From assembly GCA_023228385.1 (NCBI GenBank), contig JALOBF010000001.1, positions 1 to 50,837 of the forward strand: a DNA stretch of 50,837 bases. The letters run 5' to 3'. The notes below the pieces were generated by a model. The model ran no database searches, was not told the origin of the DNA, and was given only the letters and a program-made list of their open reading frames with translations. Numbering within the stretch: the stretch's first letter is position 1; the number at the start of each line of letters is the position of its first letter. This stretch comes from Bacilli bacterium (lineage in GTDB: Bacteria > Bacillota_I > Bacilli_A > ML615J-28 > CAG-698). Below, piece after piece: positions 37,476 to 45,639 of the stretch. The position numbers and the translations under genes are program-made.

Positions 37476-38915
37476 TCAGTTACTTTTGCTTTCAATAATT
37501 TTGCGGGCAATCCAAACACCATTAGCCCCGGCCTGAGCCAATCCCCGCGTTACGCCGGCGCCGTCACCACCAACATATAAATTCTTAATTGATAATGTTT
37601 CAAAATTTTCATTAACCTCCGGACGAGCACTATAAAACTTAGCCTCAACTCCATAAAACAATGTATGATCGCTGGCAATGCCGGGCGTAACATGATTTAA
37701 CGCCTGCATCATCTCAATTAATGACTTCATTGTATTATATGGTAAAACCAAACCCAAATCACCGGGCACTGCTTCTTTAAGAGTCGGTGTGACAAAACAC
37801 TCTTTAATGCGTTTCTCAGTCGAACGACGTCCTCTTAAAATATCGCCATACCTTTGGACAATAACCGAACCCCCGCTCAATTTATTGGCCAATTTCGCTA
37901 CATCTGATGCAAATTGGTTAGGGTTATTAAACGGCTCGCGAAATTCATGTGAAACAAGCAAAGCAAAATTAGTATTGTCGGTTCCTAATCTTAAATCGCG
38001 AAAAGCATGACCGTTGCATAACACAACTCCGTTTTGATTTTCAATAACGACATGACCGCTTGGATTAGAACAAAAAGTTCTAACCGTTGTTCCGACACTG
38101 GTGTTATATTTAAACTTACCTTCATATAAATGATTATTTATTTCTTCCATTACAATATTATTTGTTTCGACACGAACACCAATATCAACTTGATTATTCC
38201 GAAACGATACATTATATGCTTCTAGCATATTTTGCTGCCACATTGCGCCATCCCGTCCTACTCCTAAAATAATATTATCAGCATATAATTCCTCACCGTT
38301 ATTCAATTTGATTCCTATCGCCCGTCCGGCATCAACAATTAAATTAACTACTTTAGAACAAAATAAATATTCAATATGAGAATACATTGTTTTATATATG
38401 TTTTTTAGAACTTCTATATTTTGTTCGGTGCCGATATGCCTAACTTGTCCGCGCAATAATTTTAGCCCCACCGCAATTGCTCGTTTTTCGATATTTTTTA
38501 CAGCTTCCGTATCGGGATTGGTAATTTCCGGGCTGGCTTCGTGATCAAGATTAATCTGATCTACGTATTTAATTAGATCCAGCACTACATCACTGTCCAT
38601 ATAGTCTAGTAGCCATCCGCCATATTCGTTGGTTATATTGTATTTTCCATCGGAGAATGCGCCGGCACCGCCGAAACCGGTCGTCATTGAACAACTAGGA
38701 TAACAGCCTATTTCCCCGCTGGCATTTACCGGACATTTTTCTAGTTTCTTTTCAATAATCGGGCATCTTCTATCATAAATATCATTTCCCTTATCAATTA
38801 GTAAAACTTTAAATTCTGGACGTTTTTTCATAAATTCATAGGCACAATAAATTCCCATTGGCCCGGCCCCAACAATGATACAATCGTATTTTTTCATCTT
38901 TTCCACATCTCTCAT
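37476..38915 (-). CDS. FAD-dependent oxidoreductase of the uncharacterised COG2509 type
   Basis: 479 aa. N-terminal dinucleotide fold DCIIVGAGPMGIYCA and a C-terminal ...LYVGGDGAGVTRGLAQAGANG motif. The start could instead be ATG 38897. Confidence 0.6.
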   Translation of the reverse strand: MRDVEKMKKYDCIIVGAGPMGIYCAYEFMKKRPEFKVLLIDKGNDIYDRRCPIIEKKLEKCPVNASGEIGCYPSCSMTTGFGGAGAFSDGKYNITNEYGGWLLDYMDSDVVLDLIKYVDQINLDHEASPEITNPDTEAVKNIEKRAIAVGLKLLRGQVRHIGTEQNIEVLKNIYKTMYSHIEYLFCSKVVNLIVDAGRAIGIKLNNGEELYADNIILGVGRDGAMWQQNMLEAYNVSFRNNQVDIGVRVETNNIVMEEINNHLYEGKFKYNTSVGTTVRTFCSNPSGHVVIENQNGVVLCNGHAFRDLRLGTDNTNFALLVSHEFREPFNNPNQFASDVAKLANKLSGGSVIVQRYGDILRGRRSTEKRIKECFVTPTLKEAVPGDLGLVLPYNTMKSLIEMMQALNHVTPGIASDHTLFYGVEAKFYSARPEVNENFETLSIKNLYVGGDGAGVTRGLAQAGANGVWIARKIIESKSN

Positions 38916-38982
38916 TATCTTTTAATACTTTTAAACTAAAACAATTAATGGTAATTATCTGTACCAGAGTAAAGAGTACACA

Positions 38983-40578
38983 TCAAAAGTGTCGTTGCAT
39001 CGCCGCAGAAATAAATGATGTAAAAAGCGGATGCGGCCGATTAGGGCGCGATAAAAACTCTGGTCGATACTGGCAAGCGATAAAAAACGGATGGTTATTT
39101 AATTCCATTAATTCAACAATATTCTCATCATTATTAAAACCAGAAAAGGTTAAATCGCTTTCGGAAAAAAACTTTATATATTCATTGTTAATTTCATATC
39201 GATGACGATGGCGTTCTTTAACCGTTTTTTTATTATAAATAGCCGCGGCTTTAGTACCGGGCTTAATTTCGCAATCATATAAACCAAGGCGCATCGAATC
39301 GCCGTTTTCTTTACGAGATTCTTTAACGGTAATAATCGGCATCGGTGTTGCTTGATCAAACTCAATTGATGATGCTGCCGTAAAGCCCAAAACATTACGG
39401 GCATATTCAATTACAGAAAGGTGCATGCCCAAACAAATACCCAAAAACGGAATTTTATTTTCCCTGACGAATTTAATGGTAGCCATTGTACCGTTAATAT
39501 GACCGGAATCGAATCCTCCCGGAATAACAATACCTTGAAACCCATCAAGTTTTGTTTTAATATTTTCATTGGTTAAACTGCCCGAATCAATTGGGATAAT
39601 CTTTATATTGGTATTATTGTAATAAGCACCGTGTTTTAAACTCTCATTAACCGAAATATATGAGTCCTTAAGGGCAACATATTTACCGACCAAGCCGATT
39701 TTCACTTCACCTTTCAGGTTTTTTATTTTTAAAATCATTTCGCTCCATTTATTTAAATCTAAAGGAGCAGTGTTTAAGCCTAGGTGGCGGCAAATATACG
39801 AATCAACTCCCTGCTGAGCAAAAATGTTTGGCATTTCATATAATATGGTTTGGTCCTGGGCTTCGATGACCGCTTCAACATCGACATCACAAAACAATGC
39901 TATTTTTTCCTTTTGGCTTTGGGGAATGCTGCGATTAGCCCGCAGGATAATCATATCGGGGTTAATACCTAAAGAACGAAGTTCTTTAACGCTGTGCTGA
40001 GTCGGTTTGGTTTTTAATTCCCCAGAGTTTTCAAGATAAGGAACTAATGTATTATGAATATACATAGTGTCACGATAACCAATGTCACGCCGAAACTGTC
40101 GAATTGCTTCTAAAAATGGGAGGGATTCAATATCGCCAACCGTTCCGCCAATTTCAGTTATTACAATATCAGCTTTACTTGTTTTTGCAACATTTAAAAT
40201 TGAGTTTTTAATTTCGTTAGTGATATGAGGAATAACTTGAACAGTAGCCCCGTCATATTCGCCGTTTCTTTCTTTTTCTATTACCTTTAAATAAATTTTA
40301 CCGGTTGTAACGCTTGAGTAACGATTTAGATTTTCATCAATAAACCTCTCATAATGACCAAGATCAAGGTCAGTTTCCGCTCCGTCATCGGTAACAAATA
40401 CCTCACCGTGTTGTAATGGAGACATTTTACCGGGATCGACGTTTATGTACGGATCTAATTTTTGCATAAAAACCTTTAAACCCCGGCATTTCAGCAAACG
40501 GCCGATTGATGACGCATTAATGCCTTTGCCTAAACTTGAAACAACCCCTCCCGTTACAAAAATAAATTTGGTTTTCAT
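38983..40578 (-). CDS. pyrG: CTP synthase
   Basis: Start set to ATG 40578 (MKTKFIFVTGGVVSSLGKG) behind GGAGGAAT. Glutamine amidotransferase motif GICLGMH. The track's 31-codon upstream extension crosses a terminator hairpin. Confidence 0.95.
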   Translation of the reverse strand: MKTKFIFVTGGVVSSLGKGINASSIGRLLKCRGLKVFMQKLDPYINVDPGKMSPLQHGEVFVTDDGAETDLDLGHYERFIDENLNRYSSVTTGKIYLKVIEKERNGEYDGATVQVIPHITNEIKNSILNVAKTSKADIVITEIGGTVGDIESLPFLEAIRQFRRDIGYRDTMYIHNTLVPYLENSGELKTKPTQHSVKELRSLGINPDMIILRANRSIPQSQKEKIALFCDVDVEAVIEAQDQTILYEMPNIFAQQGVDSYICRHLGLNTAPLDLNKWSEMILKIKNLKGEVKIGLVGKYVALKDSYISVNESLKHGAYYNNTNIKIIPIDSGSLTNENIKTKLDGFQGIVIPGGFDSGHINGTMATIKFVRENKIPFLGICLGMHLSVIEYARNVLGFTAASSIEFDQATPMPIITVKESRKENGDSMRLGLYDCEIKPGTKAAAIYNKKTVKERHRHRYEINNEYIKFFSESDLTFSGFNNDENIVELMELNNHPFFIACQYRPEFLSRPNRPHPLFTSFISAAMQRHF

Positions 40579-40590
40579 AAGTATTCCTCC

Positions 40591-40631
40591 AAAACAATAA
40601 AAAGAGTCCTCTTCTCGTTTGAGAACTCTTT
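40591..40631 (-). terminator. promoter-proximal intrinsic terminator (candidate pyrG attenuator)
   Basis: Minus strand reads AAAGAGUUCUC-AAACGAGAA-GAGGACUCUUU (11 bp with one G-U) followed by UUAUUGUUUU. It ends about 12 nt before the pyrG RBS and starts about 12 nt after a -10 box. Confidence 0.6.
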
Positions 40632-40642
40632 GGCTCTTTATT

Positions 40643-40671
40643 ATTATATCAAATTTAAAAGTATATTCCAA
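40643..40671 (-). promoter_or_regulatory. sigmaA-type promoter upstream of pyrG
   Basis: Minus strand reads TTGGAA (40666-40671), a 17-nt spacer, then TATAAT (40643-40648). Confidence 0.5.
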
Positions 40672-40694
40672 GGTTTTTTTATTTTTATTGTCAG

Positions 40695-41255
40695 TTACTC
40701 ATCGTCAACATCTTCTTCACCGTCTTCATAATCATCTTCTTCAACGTCGATTTCATCTGATTCATCCTTAAAATCATCATCTGCGTATTCGCTTTCTTCC
40801 TCAGGATTACCGTATTCTTCAGATATTAATTCCTCGACATCATCGGTTTCTTCTTCGGTTTCTTCATCTTCGTCATCATCAATATCATAATCCACGTCAT
40901 CAAAACTTTTTCCGGGCTTATAAACAATATCATCATTAAGTTCGTGTTTAATCGCTTCATCGTCATCATTATAGAGATCTTCAAGATAACTCCCATCTTT
41001 ATCAAGAAGAGATGACTTTTGCCTGCTCTTTAAATCCCACAACTTTTTGCCATGTTTATCTTCACCGCAACAAATAAAATAACCGCTAAGCATAAAATCC
41101 ATCACAAATTGACTCATTATTTTGGATGTATCATTCGGATGGATGCCTTTAATTTCAAAAACATCCTTTGCAATTTTTTCAAGCGTCCGCGGCTTTCTTT
41201 TAGTTTTCATTTCGCGATAAGCTATTTCTATTAATGAAAGATTGTTATTGTTCAT
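40695..41255 (-). CDS. rpoE: DNA-directed RNA polymerase delta subunit
   Basis: 186 aa. N-terminal HARE-HTH-like LSLIEIAYREMKTKRKP... and a long poly-Asp/Glu C-terminal tail. Upstream of pyrG, as in Bacillus. Confidence 0.85.
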   Translation of the reverse strand: MNNNNLSLIEIAYREMKTKRKPRTLEKIAKDVFEIKGIHPNDTSKIMSQFVMDFMLSGYFICCGEDKHGKKLWDLKSRQKSSLLDKDGSYLEDLYNDDDEAIKHELNDDIVYKPGKSFDDVDYDIDDDEDEETEEETDDVEELISEEYGNPEEESEYADDDFKDESDEIDVEEDDYEDGEEDVDDE

Positions 41256-41275
41256 TTTTATCCCTCCGGATAATT

Positions 41276-41304
41276 ATTTTAACTTATTTTTTAAATTTTA
41301 TCAA
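41276..41304 (-). promoter_or_regulatory. possible sigmaA-type promoter of rpoE
   Basis: Minus strand reads TTGATA (41299-41304), a 17-nt spacer, then TAAAAT (41276-41281). Confidence 0.4.
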
Positions 41305-41310
41305 GATATT

Positions 41311-41493
41311 TTATAATAAAAAAAATATTATTAAAATAATCGCTCCCGGCAAACGCAAAAACATAATTATTAAAAATGTCCATATATTTAAAGGTATGTT
41401 AATATTAATAAATGAACCAATAATGTTTATGGAAAAAATAATTAAAAAAGCAATAAATACCGACTTAAGCAACCATTTTAAAAATTTTATCAT
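41311..41493 (-). CDS. BofA-like small membrane protein (pro-sigmaK processing inhibitor family)
   Basis: 60 aa. INIIGSFININIPLNIWTFLIIMFLRLPGAIILII lines up with B. subtilis BofA VNMFGGSLGIHVPINLVTTAISGILGIPGIAALVVI. GGGAGGG RBS. Confidence 0.5.
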   Translation of the reverse strand: MIKFLKWLLKSVFIAFLIIFSINIIGSFININIPLNIWTFLIIMFLRLPGAIILIIFFLL

Positions 41494-41532
41494 CGCGCCC
41501 TCCCATTATATAATATGGGACAATAGTTGGCT

Positions 41533-42249
41533 TTATGATAAATTTGTAAACTTCTTAAACACCGTATAATTAGTGCGATCAACTGTAAGCGGGGTTACGG
41601 AAATAAATCCGTTGTTTATCGCCCAAACATCCGTCGGTATTTCTTTTTCAAGATAATACCGGTGATATCCTTTTTGATACCACAAATTTTTATGATTAAC
41701 AAACTCTGTATAAAAATGAGTTTTTCCTTGTCGCGTAATCTTTATACCGCGTGGATTATCGGGAATATTAATGTTATATATATCACAATAATCAAAGAGA
41801 TGATGCAACTTGAAATAATCAATAATCCTGACAAATAACTCTTTTGTCATATGGGTTTTTCCAACCGCAGCAGAAAAAGCAATTGTTTTTTTCCCAAGAA
41901 ACGCCGCCTCAACGGCGGCCGCAACCGTTCCGGAATAAGTAATGTCTTCTCCCAAATTAAATCCGTTATTAATGCCGGATAATACAATATCAAAGGGTTT
42001 TCTTAATGCATAATGGGCAGCACGAACACAGTCGGCGGGTGTCGAATCACAAAAGTAAGTATCAATTTTTAAACCTATTTCGAATTGTTCAAGCCTAAAA
42101 CCGTTTTTAATATTTATGGAATGACTTTGAGCGCTTTGTTCCTCAAATGGGGCTACAACTAAAACTTCACCGTAAATCGCGGCAAGATTAGCCAATACTT
42201 TTAGCCCTTCTGCCCTAACGGAATCATCATTGGTCACCAGAATTCTCAT
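41533..42249 (-). CDS. surE: 5'/3'-nucleotidase SurE
   Basis: 238 aa. MRILVTNDDSVRAEGL and SGINNGFNLGEDITYSGTVAAA. The ATG overlaps the upstream TAA by 1 nt (TAATG). Confidence 0.9.
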   Translation of the reverse strand: MRILVTNDDSVRAEGLKVLANLAAIYGEVLVVAPFEEQSAQSHSINIKNGFRLEQFEIGLKIDTYFCDSTPADCVRAAHYALRKPFDIVLSGINNGFNLGEDITYSGTVAAAVEAAFLGKKTIAFSAAVGKTHMTKELFVRIIDYFKLHHLFDYCDIYNINIPDNPRGIKITRQGKTHFYTEFVNHKNLWYQKGYHRYYLEKEIPTDVWAINNGFISVTPLTVDRTNYTVFKKFTNLS

Positions 42250-43232
42250 TAAAATACTCCGGGGTTTTGCATTTTAAATTCCTTTACCATCAAATCTGCT
42301 TCATTAATTATTTGTTTGATTTGTCGGTTGCTATAAACGGTTGCTCCTGAAGCCTGGGCGTGACCGCCCCCATTATAGCGTGAAGCTAATTCATTGATTG
42401 AAATAAAACGGGAGCGCAATCTAATCCGAAATACACGCTGCTTACTCTCAATAAAAAACATCCAAATAAGATGGCCTTTGATGCTGTCTAAAACATTGAT
42501 CAGAGCTGAAGCGGCTTCAATCGAAACTCTAAATTTTTTTAGAATTCTTCTTGTTATAATAAAGTAAGCAACGCCGTTTTTCGTAGTTTTAAATTTGTTT
42601 AAAACATAGCCGTGTAATTTAAACTCATTTTTATCTTTAGTATATAAATGTGTATATATAGATGATAGATTGATATTTTGTTCTAGCAGCATAGCAGAAA
42701 GATTAAGCACATCCGCGTTAACCCCTGAATATTTAAAACGGCCGGTATCGGTGATGGTCCCAACAAACAAAGCTGCGGCGGCCATCTGGTTTATTTTTAA
42801 TATGTCTTTAAAGGAGTTGTAAAAATCGGCGATTATCAGCGCGGTAGCTGGCAAATCCTCACGAACATAATTAATATTACCATAGTCTTCAACCGGTATG
42901 TGATGGTCAAGTTTTATTAAATATTTGCTTTTATGATAATAATCATCATCAATTCTTTCACGATTGGCAGTATCGACAACAATAACCAATGACTCTTGAT
43001 AAATAACCGAATCAACTTCCTTATCTTCCGAACCGACAAATTCAAGATAAGTACTTTTCATCTTGCCCAAACTTAAAATCTTTTTCCCCGGAAAAGATAA
43101 CCTTAAAATTTCGCGGAGCCCTAAAGAACTGCCGATGCAATCTCCGTCCGGTTTAATATGCCGGACAATAATAATAGTTTGGTATTCAATTATTTTCTGT
43201 AGTATTTGTTGTTTAATCTCTAAATGTTTCAT
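42249..43232 (-). CDS. DHH/DHHA1 phosphoesterase, NrnA-like (copy 2)
   Basis: Start set to ATG 43232 (MKHLEIKQQ...), 2 nt after the upstream TAG. Motifs RHIKPDGDCIGS, VVDTAN, KLDHH, GGGHAQASGA. Confidence 0.8.
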   Translation of the reverse strand: MKHLEIKQQILQKIIEYQTIIIVRHIKPDGDCIGSSLGLREILRLSFPGKKILSLGKMKSTYLEFVGSEDKEVDSVIYQESLVIVVDTANRERIDDDYYHKSKYLIKLDHHIPVEDYGNINYVREDLPATALIIADFYNSFKDILKINQMAAAALFVGTITDTGRFKYSGVNADVLNLSAMLLEQNINLSSIYTHLYTKDKNEFKLHGYVLNKFKTTKNGVAYFIITRRILKKFRVSIEAASALINVLDSIKGHLIWMFFIESKQRVFRIRLRSRFISINELASRYNGGGHAQASGATVYSNRQIKQIINEADLMVKEFKMQNPGVF

Positions 43233-43234
43233 AA

Positions 43235-44176
43235 CTATTCTTTTCCTTTTACTATAGAATCTAGTTCGGCAAGCATTACATCGCATTCCGTAAATGAACC
43301 TAAAACTGCTCCACTAGCGTTACGGTGTCCCCCCCCACCAAATTTAACCGCAACTTCACTGATATTATATTTACTAGATCTTATCTCGGCAATAACGTTG
43401 CCTCTTTCCATATCCTCGGTAAAATTAACCCAAATATCCACTCCCTTGATCCCGGCCATAGCATTGACCATGCCGCGAGAAGCGGTAGAAACATCAATGC
43501 CGTATTGATTTAATTCGTCAGCCGTGGTTTTTATATATGCGACATTATTTGGGGTAAGCTTAAATTTTTGAACAAAATATGCGCGCAGTTTTACAATTGC
43601 GATATCTTCAACATAAAGATTATTATAAATTTCATTAAAATCAAAATTGAATTGGAGAAGTTTTGCTGTTAATTCAAAAGTTTTAGCACTGATAGAACTG
43701 TAGCGGAAACGGCCGCTGTCGGTAACAATTCCTGTAAACAAGGCTCTTGCACCGAACGATGTCAATATAAAGCCGTTGGTAAAAACAATATCAGCAACCA
43801 ATCCGGCACAACTTTCATAATTTGTATCAACAATTTCAATATTGCCGTAACTTGACCGGGCCGGATGATGATCAATTTTTATAAAAAAAGCACCAAGTTT
43901 ATATCGGTTGTCGCTGATCATATCTTCTTCAGGTGTATCTACAACGATCACCAAAGCATTATGGTATAAAGTCGTATCCACCTGATCAACGCTGCCGATA
44001 AATTCATATCTGTCATTGACGTCGCCTACAGCAAAAATTTTTTTATGGGGATACGTCGCCGTTAAAGCTTCTTTCAATCCGATTTGACTGCCTACAGCGT
44101 CCCCGTCCGGTTTTAAATGACGGTGAATAATAATAACATCATGATCTTCAATTGGTTTGATTATTGATTTATACAT
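43235..44176 (-). CDS. DHH/DHHA1 phosphoesterase, NrnA-like (copy 1)
   Basis: 313 aa. Motifs HRHLKPDGDAVGS, VVDTPE, KIDHH, GGGGHRNASGA. Confidence 0.82.
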   Translation of the reverse strand: MYKSIIKPIEDHDVIIIHRHLKPDGDAVGSQIGLKEALTATYPHKKIFAVGDVNDRYEFIGSVDQVDTTLYHNALVIVVDTPEEDMISDNRYKLGAFFIKIDHHPARSSYGNIEIVDTNYESCAGLVADIVFTNGFILTSFGARALFTGIVTDSGRFRYSSISAKTFELTAKLLQFNFDFNEIYNNLYVEDIAIVKLRAYFVQKFKLTPNNVAYIKTTADELNQYGIDVSTASRGMVNAMAGIKGVDIWVNFTEDMERGNVIAEIRSSKYNISEVAVKFGGGGHRNASGAVLGSFTECDVMLAELDSIVKGKE

Positions 44177-44202
44177 ATATTCTCCTCTTGTATTACATTA
44201 AT

Positions 44203-44661
44203 TTAATTGTTTTTTTGATTTAATACCAGTCTTTTGGCATATTCGACCGCTCTATGAAACAATCGATCACAACTTTCACCGGTAGGCATATGTAATATAC
44301 AATTAGTTGGAACATTTTCTTTTTTTAGAATTTTGATGATTTGTTCTGCCGTTAGTTCATTTTCTTCTTTAATGATATTTATTACATCATCTAAAGTAAT
44401 ATCGCGGCAATAACAGACGATGTACTTTTCTTTTGTATTCTTAAACCATATCGGCACTTTAATATCATTAACCATTATTTTTTGATTATTAGAAAAATAA
44501 GCAACATTACAAATCGGGTTGGTGCAAAGATAAAATTGACTGTAATTTAATCTGCTTTTAACAAATTCATAAGCTAAAGACAGAACCGTATCATAAGAAA
44601 CATCGACTCCTTGATACTGGCATTGTGGGCATTTCCCCGGTTCTTCAGTAAAGGTATTCAT
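44203..44661 (-). CDS. Cys-rich protein (zinc-ribbon CxxC...CxxxxC plus BFD-like CYC...C...C pattern)
   Basis: 152 aa. CPQCQ...CTNPIC followed by VCYCRDITLDDVINII...NC...SC. Resembles the CopZ-N-terminal / BFD-like [2Fe-2S] arrangement. First gene of the nrnA-nrnA-surE operon. Confidence 0.35.
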   Translation of the reverse strand: MNTFTEEPGKCPQCQYQGVDVSYDTVLSLAYEFVKSRLNYSQFYLCTNPICNVAYFSNNQKIMVNDIKVPIWFKNTKEKYIVCYCRDITLDDVINIIKEENELTAEQIIKILKKENVPTNCILHMPTGESCDRLFHRAVEYAKRLVLNQKNN

Positions 44662-44765
44662 TAAGCATTACCCCTTTTTCTATTATTGTATCATTAAATC
44701 GTTTTTTTTATAAGTATTATGAATATTTTTTTCCAATTATTCATAATTATTATTGAGGTGGTATC

Positions 44766-45185
44766 GTGGCAGTCATCTGGCATAACGAGGCAGAAGTTAA
44801 ACTACTCGCCCGTTTATTAAGAGCCGAAGCTGAAGGTGAAGGAATATTGGGAATGCTTCTTGTTGGAAATGTAGGAGTAAATCGGGTAAGAGCAAAATGC
44901 TTAGATTTTGTAAATATAACAACCATTACTAAAATGGTTTTTCAACGTCCTGGTGGATTTGAATCGACCCTTTATAGTTATTTTTATCAAGCAGCCAGAC
45001 AATCAGAAATACGTTTGGCTAGGCGGGTTATTAACGGCGAAAGATTTGTTCCCGCAACCAGAGCCCTTTGGTTTTATGCTGCCGGCAAAACCTCTTGCCG
45101 AGCACAATGGTTCGGACAATGGAATAGTGGGAGATATAAATCACATTGTTTTTATGCCCCCGTCGTGAGCGAAAATTGTTATTAA
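44766..45185 (+). CDS. cwlJ: cell-wall hydrolase of the SleB/CwlJ family (germination cortex-lytic enzyme)
   Basis: 139 aa, GTG start 5 nt after GAGGTGG. LLARLLRAEAEGEGILGMLLVGNVGVNR is the Hydrolase_2 signature. Followed by gerQ, as in B. subtilis cwlJ-gerQ. Confidence 0.8.
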   Translation: MAVIWHNEAEVKLLARLLRAEAEGEGILGMLLVGNVGVNRVRAKCLDFVNITTITKMVFQRPGGFESTLYSYFYQAARQSEIRLARRVINGERFVPATRALWFYAAGKTSCRAQWFGQWNSGRYKSHCFYAPVVSENCY

Positions 45186-45199
45186 TTTAAGGAGGAATT

Positions 45200-45610
45200 A
45201 TGAGCTTTTATCAACAACCGTTCGGTTTTTATCAACAGCCGAGCTTTGGTCAACAACCTTACGGCTTGTATCAACAGCCGAGTTATTTCGGACAACAGCC
45301 TTTTACTCAACCCTTTGTTTTTCCTGGTGGAGAACCATTAACACCCCAAACCGAGCAATCTTTCATCGAAAATATTTTGCGTCTAAATATCGGTAAAGTC
45401 GCTACTGTTTACATGAGCTTTGAAGGTAGTCAATGGGGTTCAAAAATATTTAAAGGTTATATTCTGGCTGCCGGAAAAGATCATCTCGTTCTAAAAGATT
45501 TGCAAACGGAAACACGATATGTCCTGTTGATGGTATATTTATCTTATGTTACATTTGAAGAAGAGATTGAATACGAATATCCTTTTAGGAAATGTGAAAA
45601 AAACCCTTAA
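45200..45610 (+). CDS. gerQ: spore coat protein GerQ (YwdL family)
   Basis: 136 aa. Gln/Pro/Tyr-rich repeat N-terminus, then the conserved SFIENILRLNIGKVATVYMSFEGSQWGSKIFKGYILAAGKDHLVLKD...RYVLLMVYLSYVTFEEEI. Confidence 0.8.
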   Translation: MSFYQQPFGFYQQPSFGQQPYGLYQQPSYFGQQPFTQPFVFPGGEPLTPQTEQSFIENILRLNIGKVATVYMSFEGSQWGSKIFKGYILAAGKDHLVLKDLQTETRYVLLMVYLSYVTFEEEIEYEYPFRKCEKNP

Positions 45611-45639
45611 AGCTTCCTTTAAGAGTTTTTTTGTTTTTT
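45596..45639. terminator. bidirectional terminator overlapping both convergent stop codons
   Basis: A7-CC-CTTAAAG-CTTC-CTTTAAG-AG-T7GT6. The gerQ TAA (45608-45610) and the TAA of the convergent gene (45619-45621) both lie in the 7-bp stem. Confidence 0.6.

Noticed and set aside
44715-44765. SigmaE-type promoter (ATA-N16-CATAATTA) in front of cwlJ-gerQ
   Set aside because: The predicted transcription start would fall inside the GAGGTGG RBS only about 10 nt before the GTG start, and the -10 box matches CATACA-T only partially.
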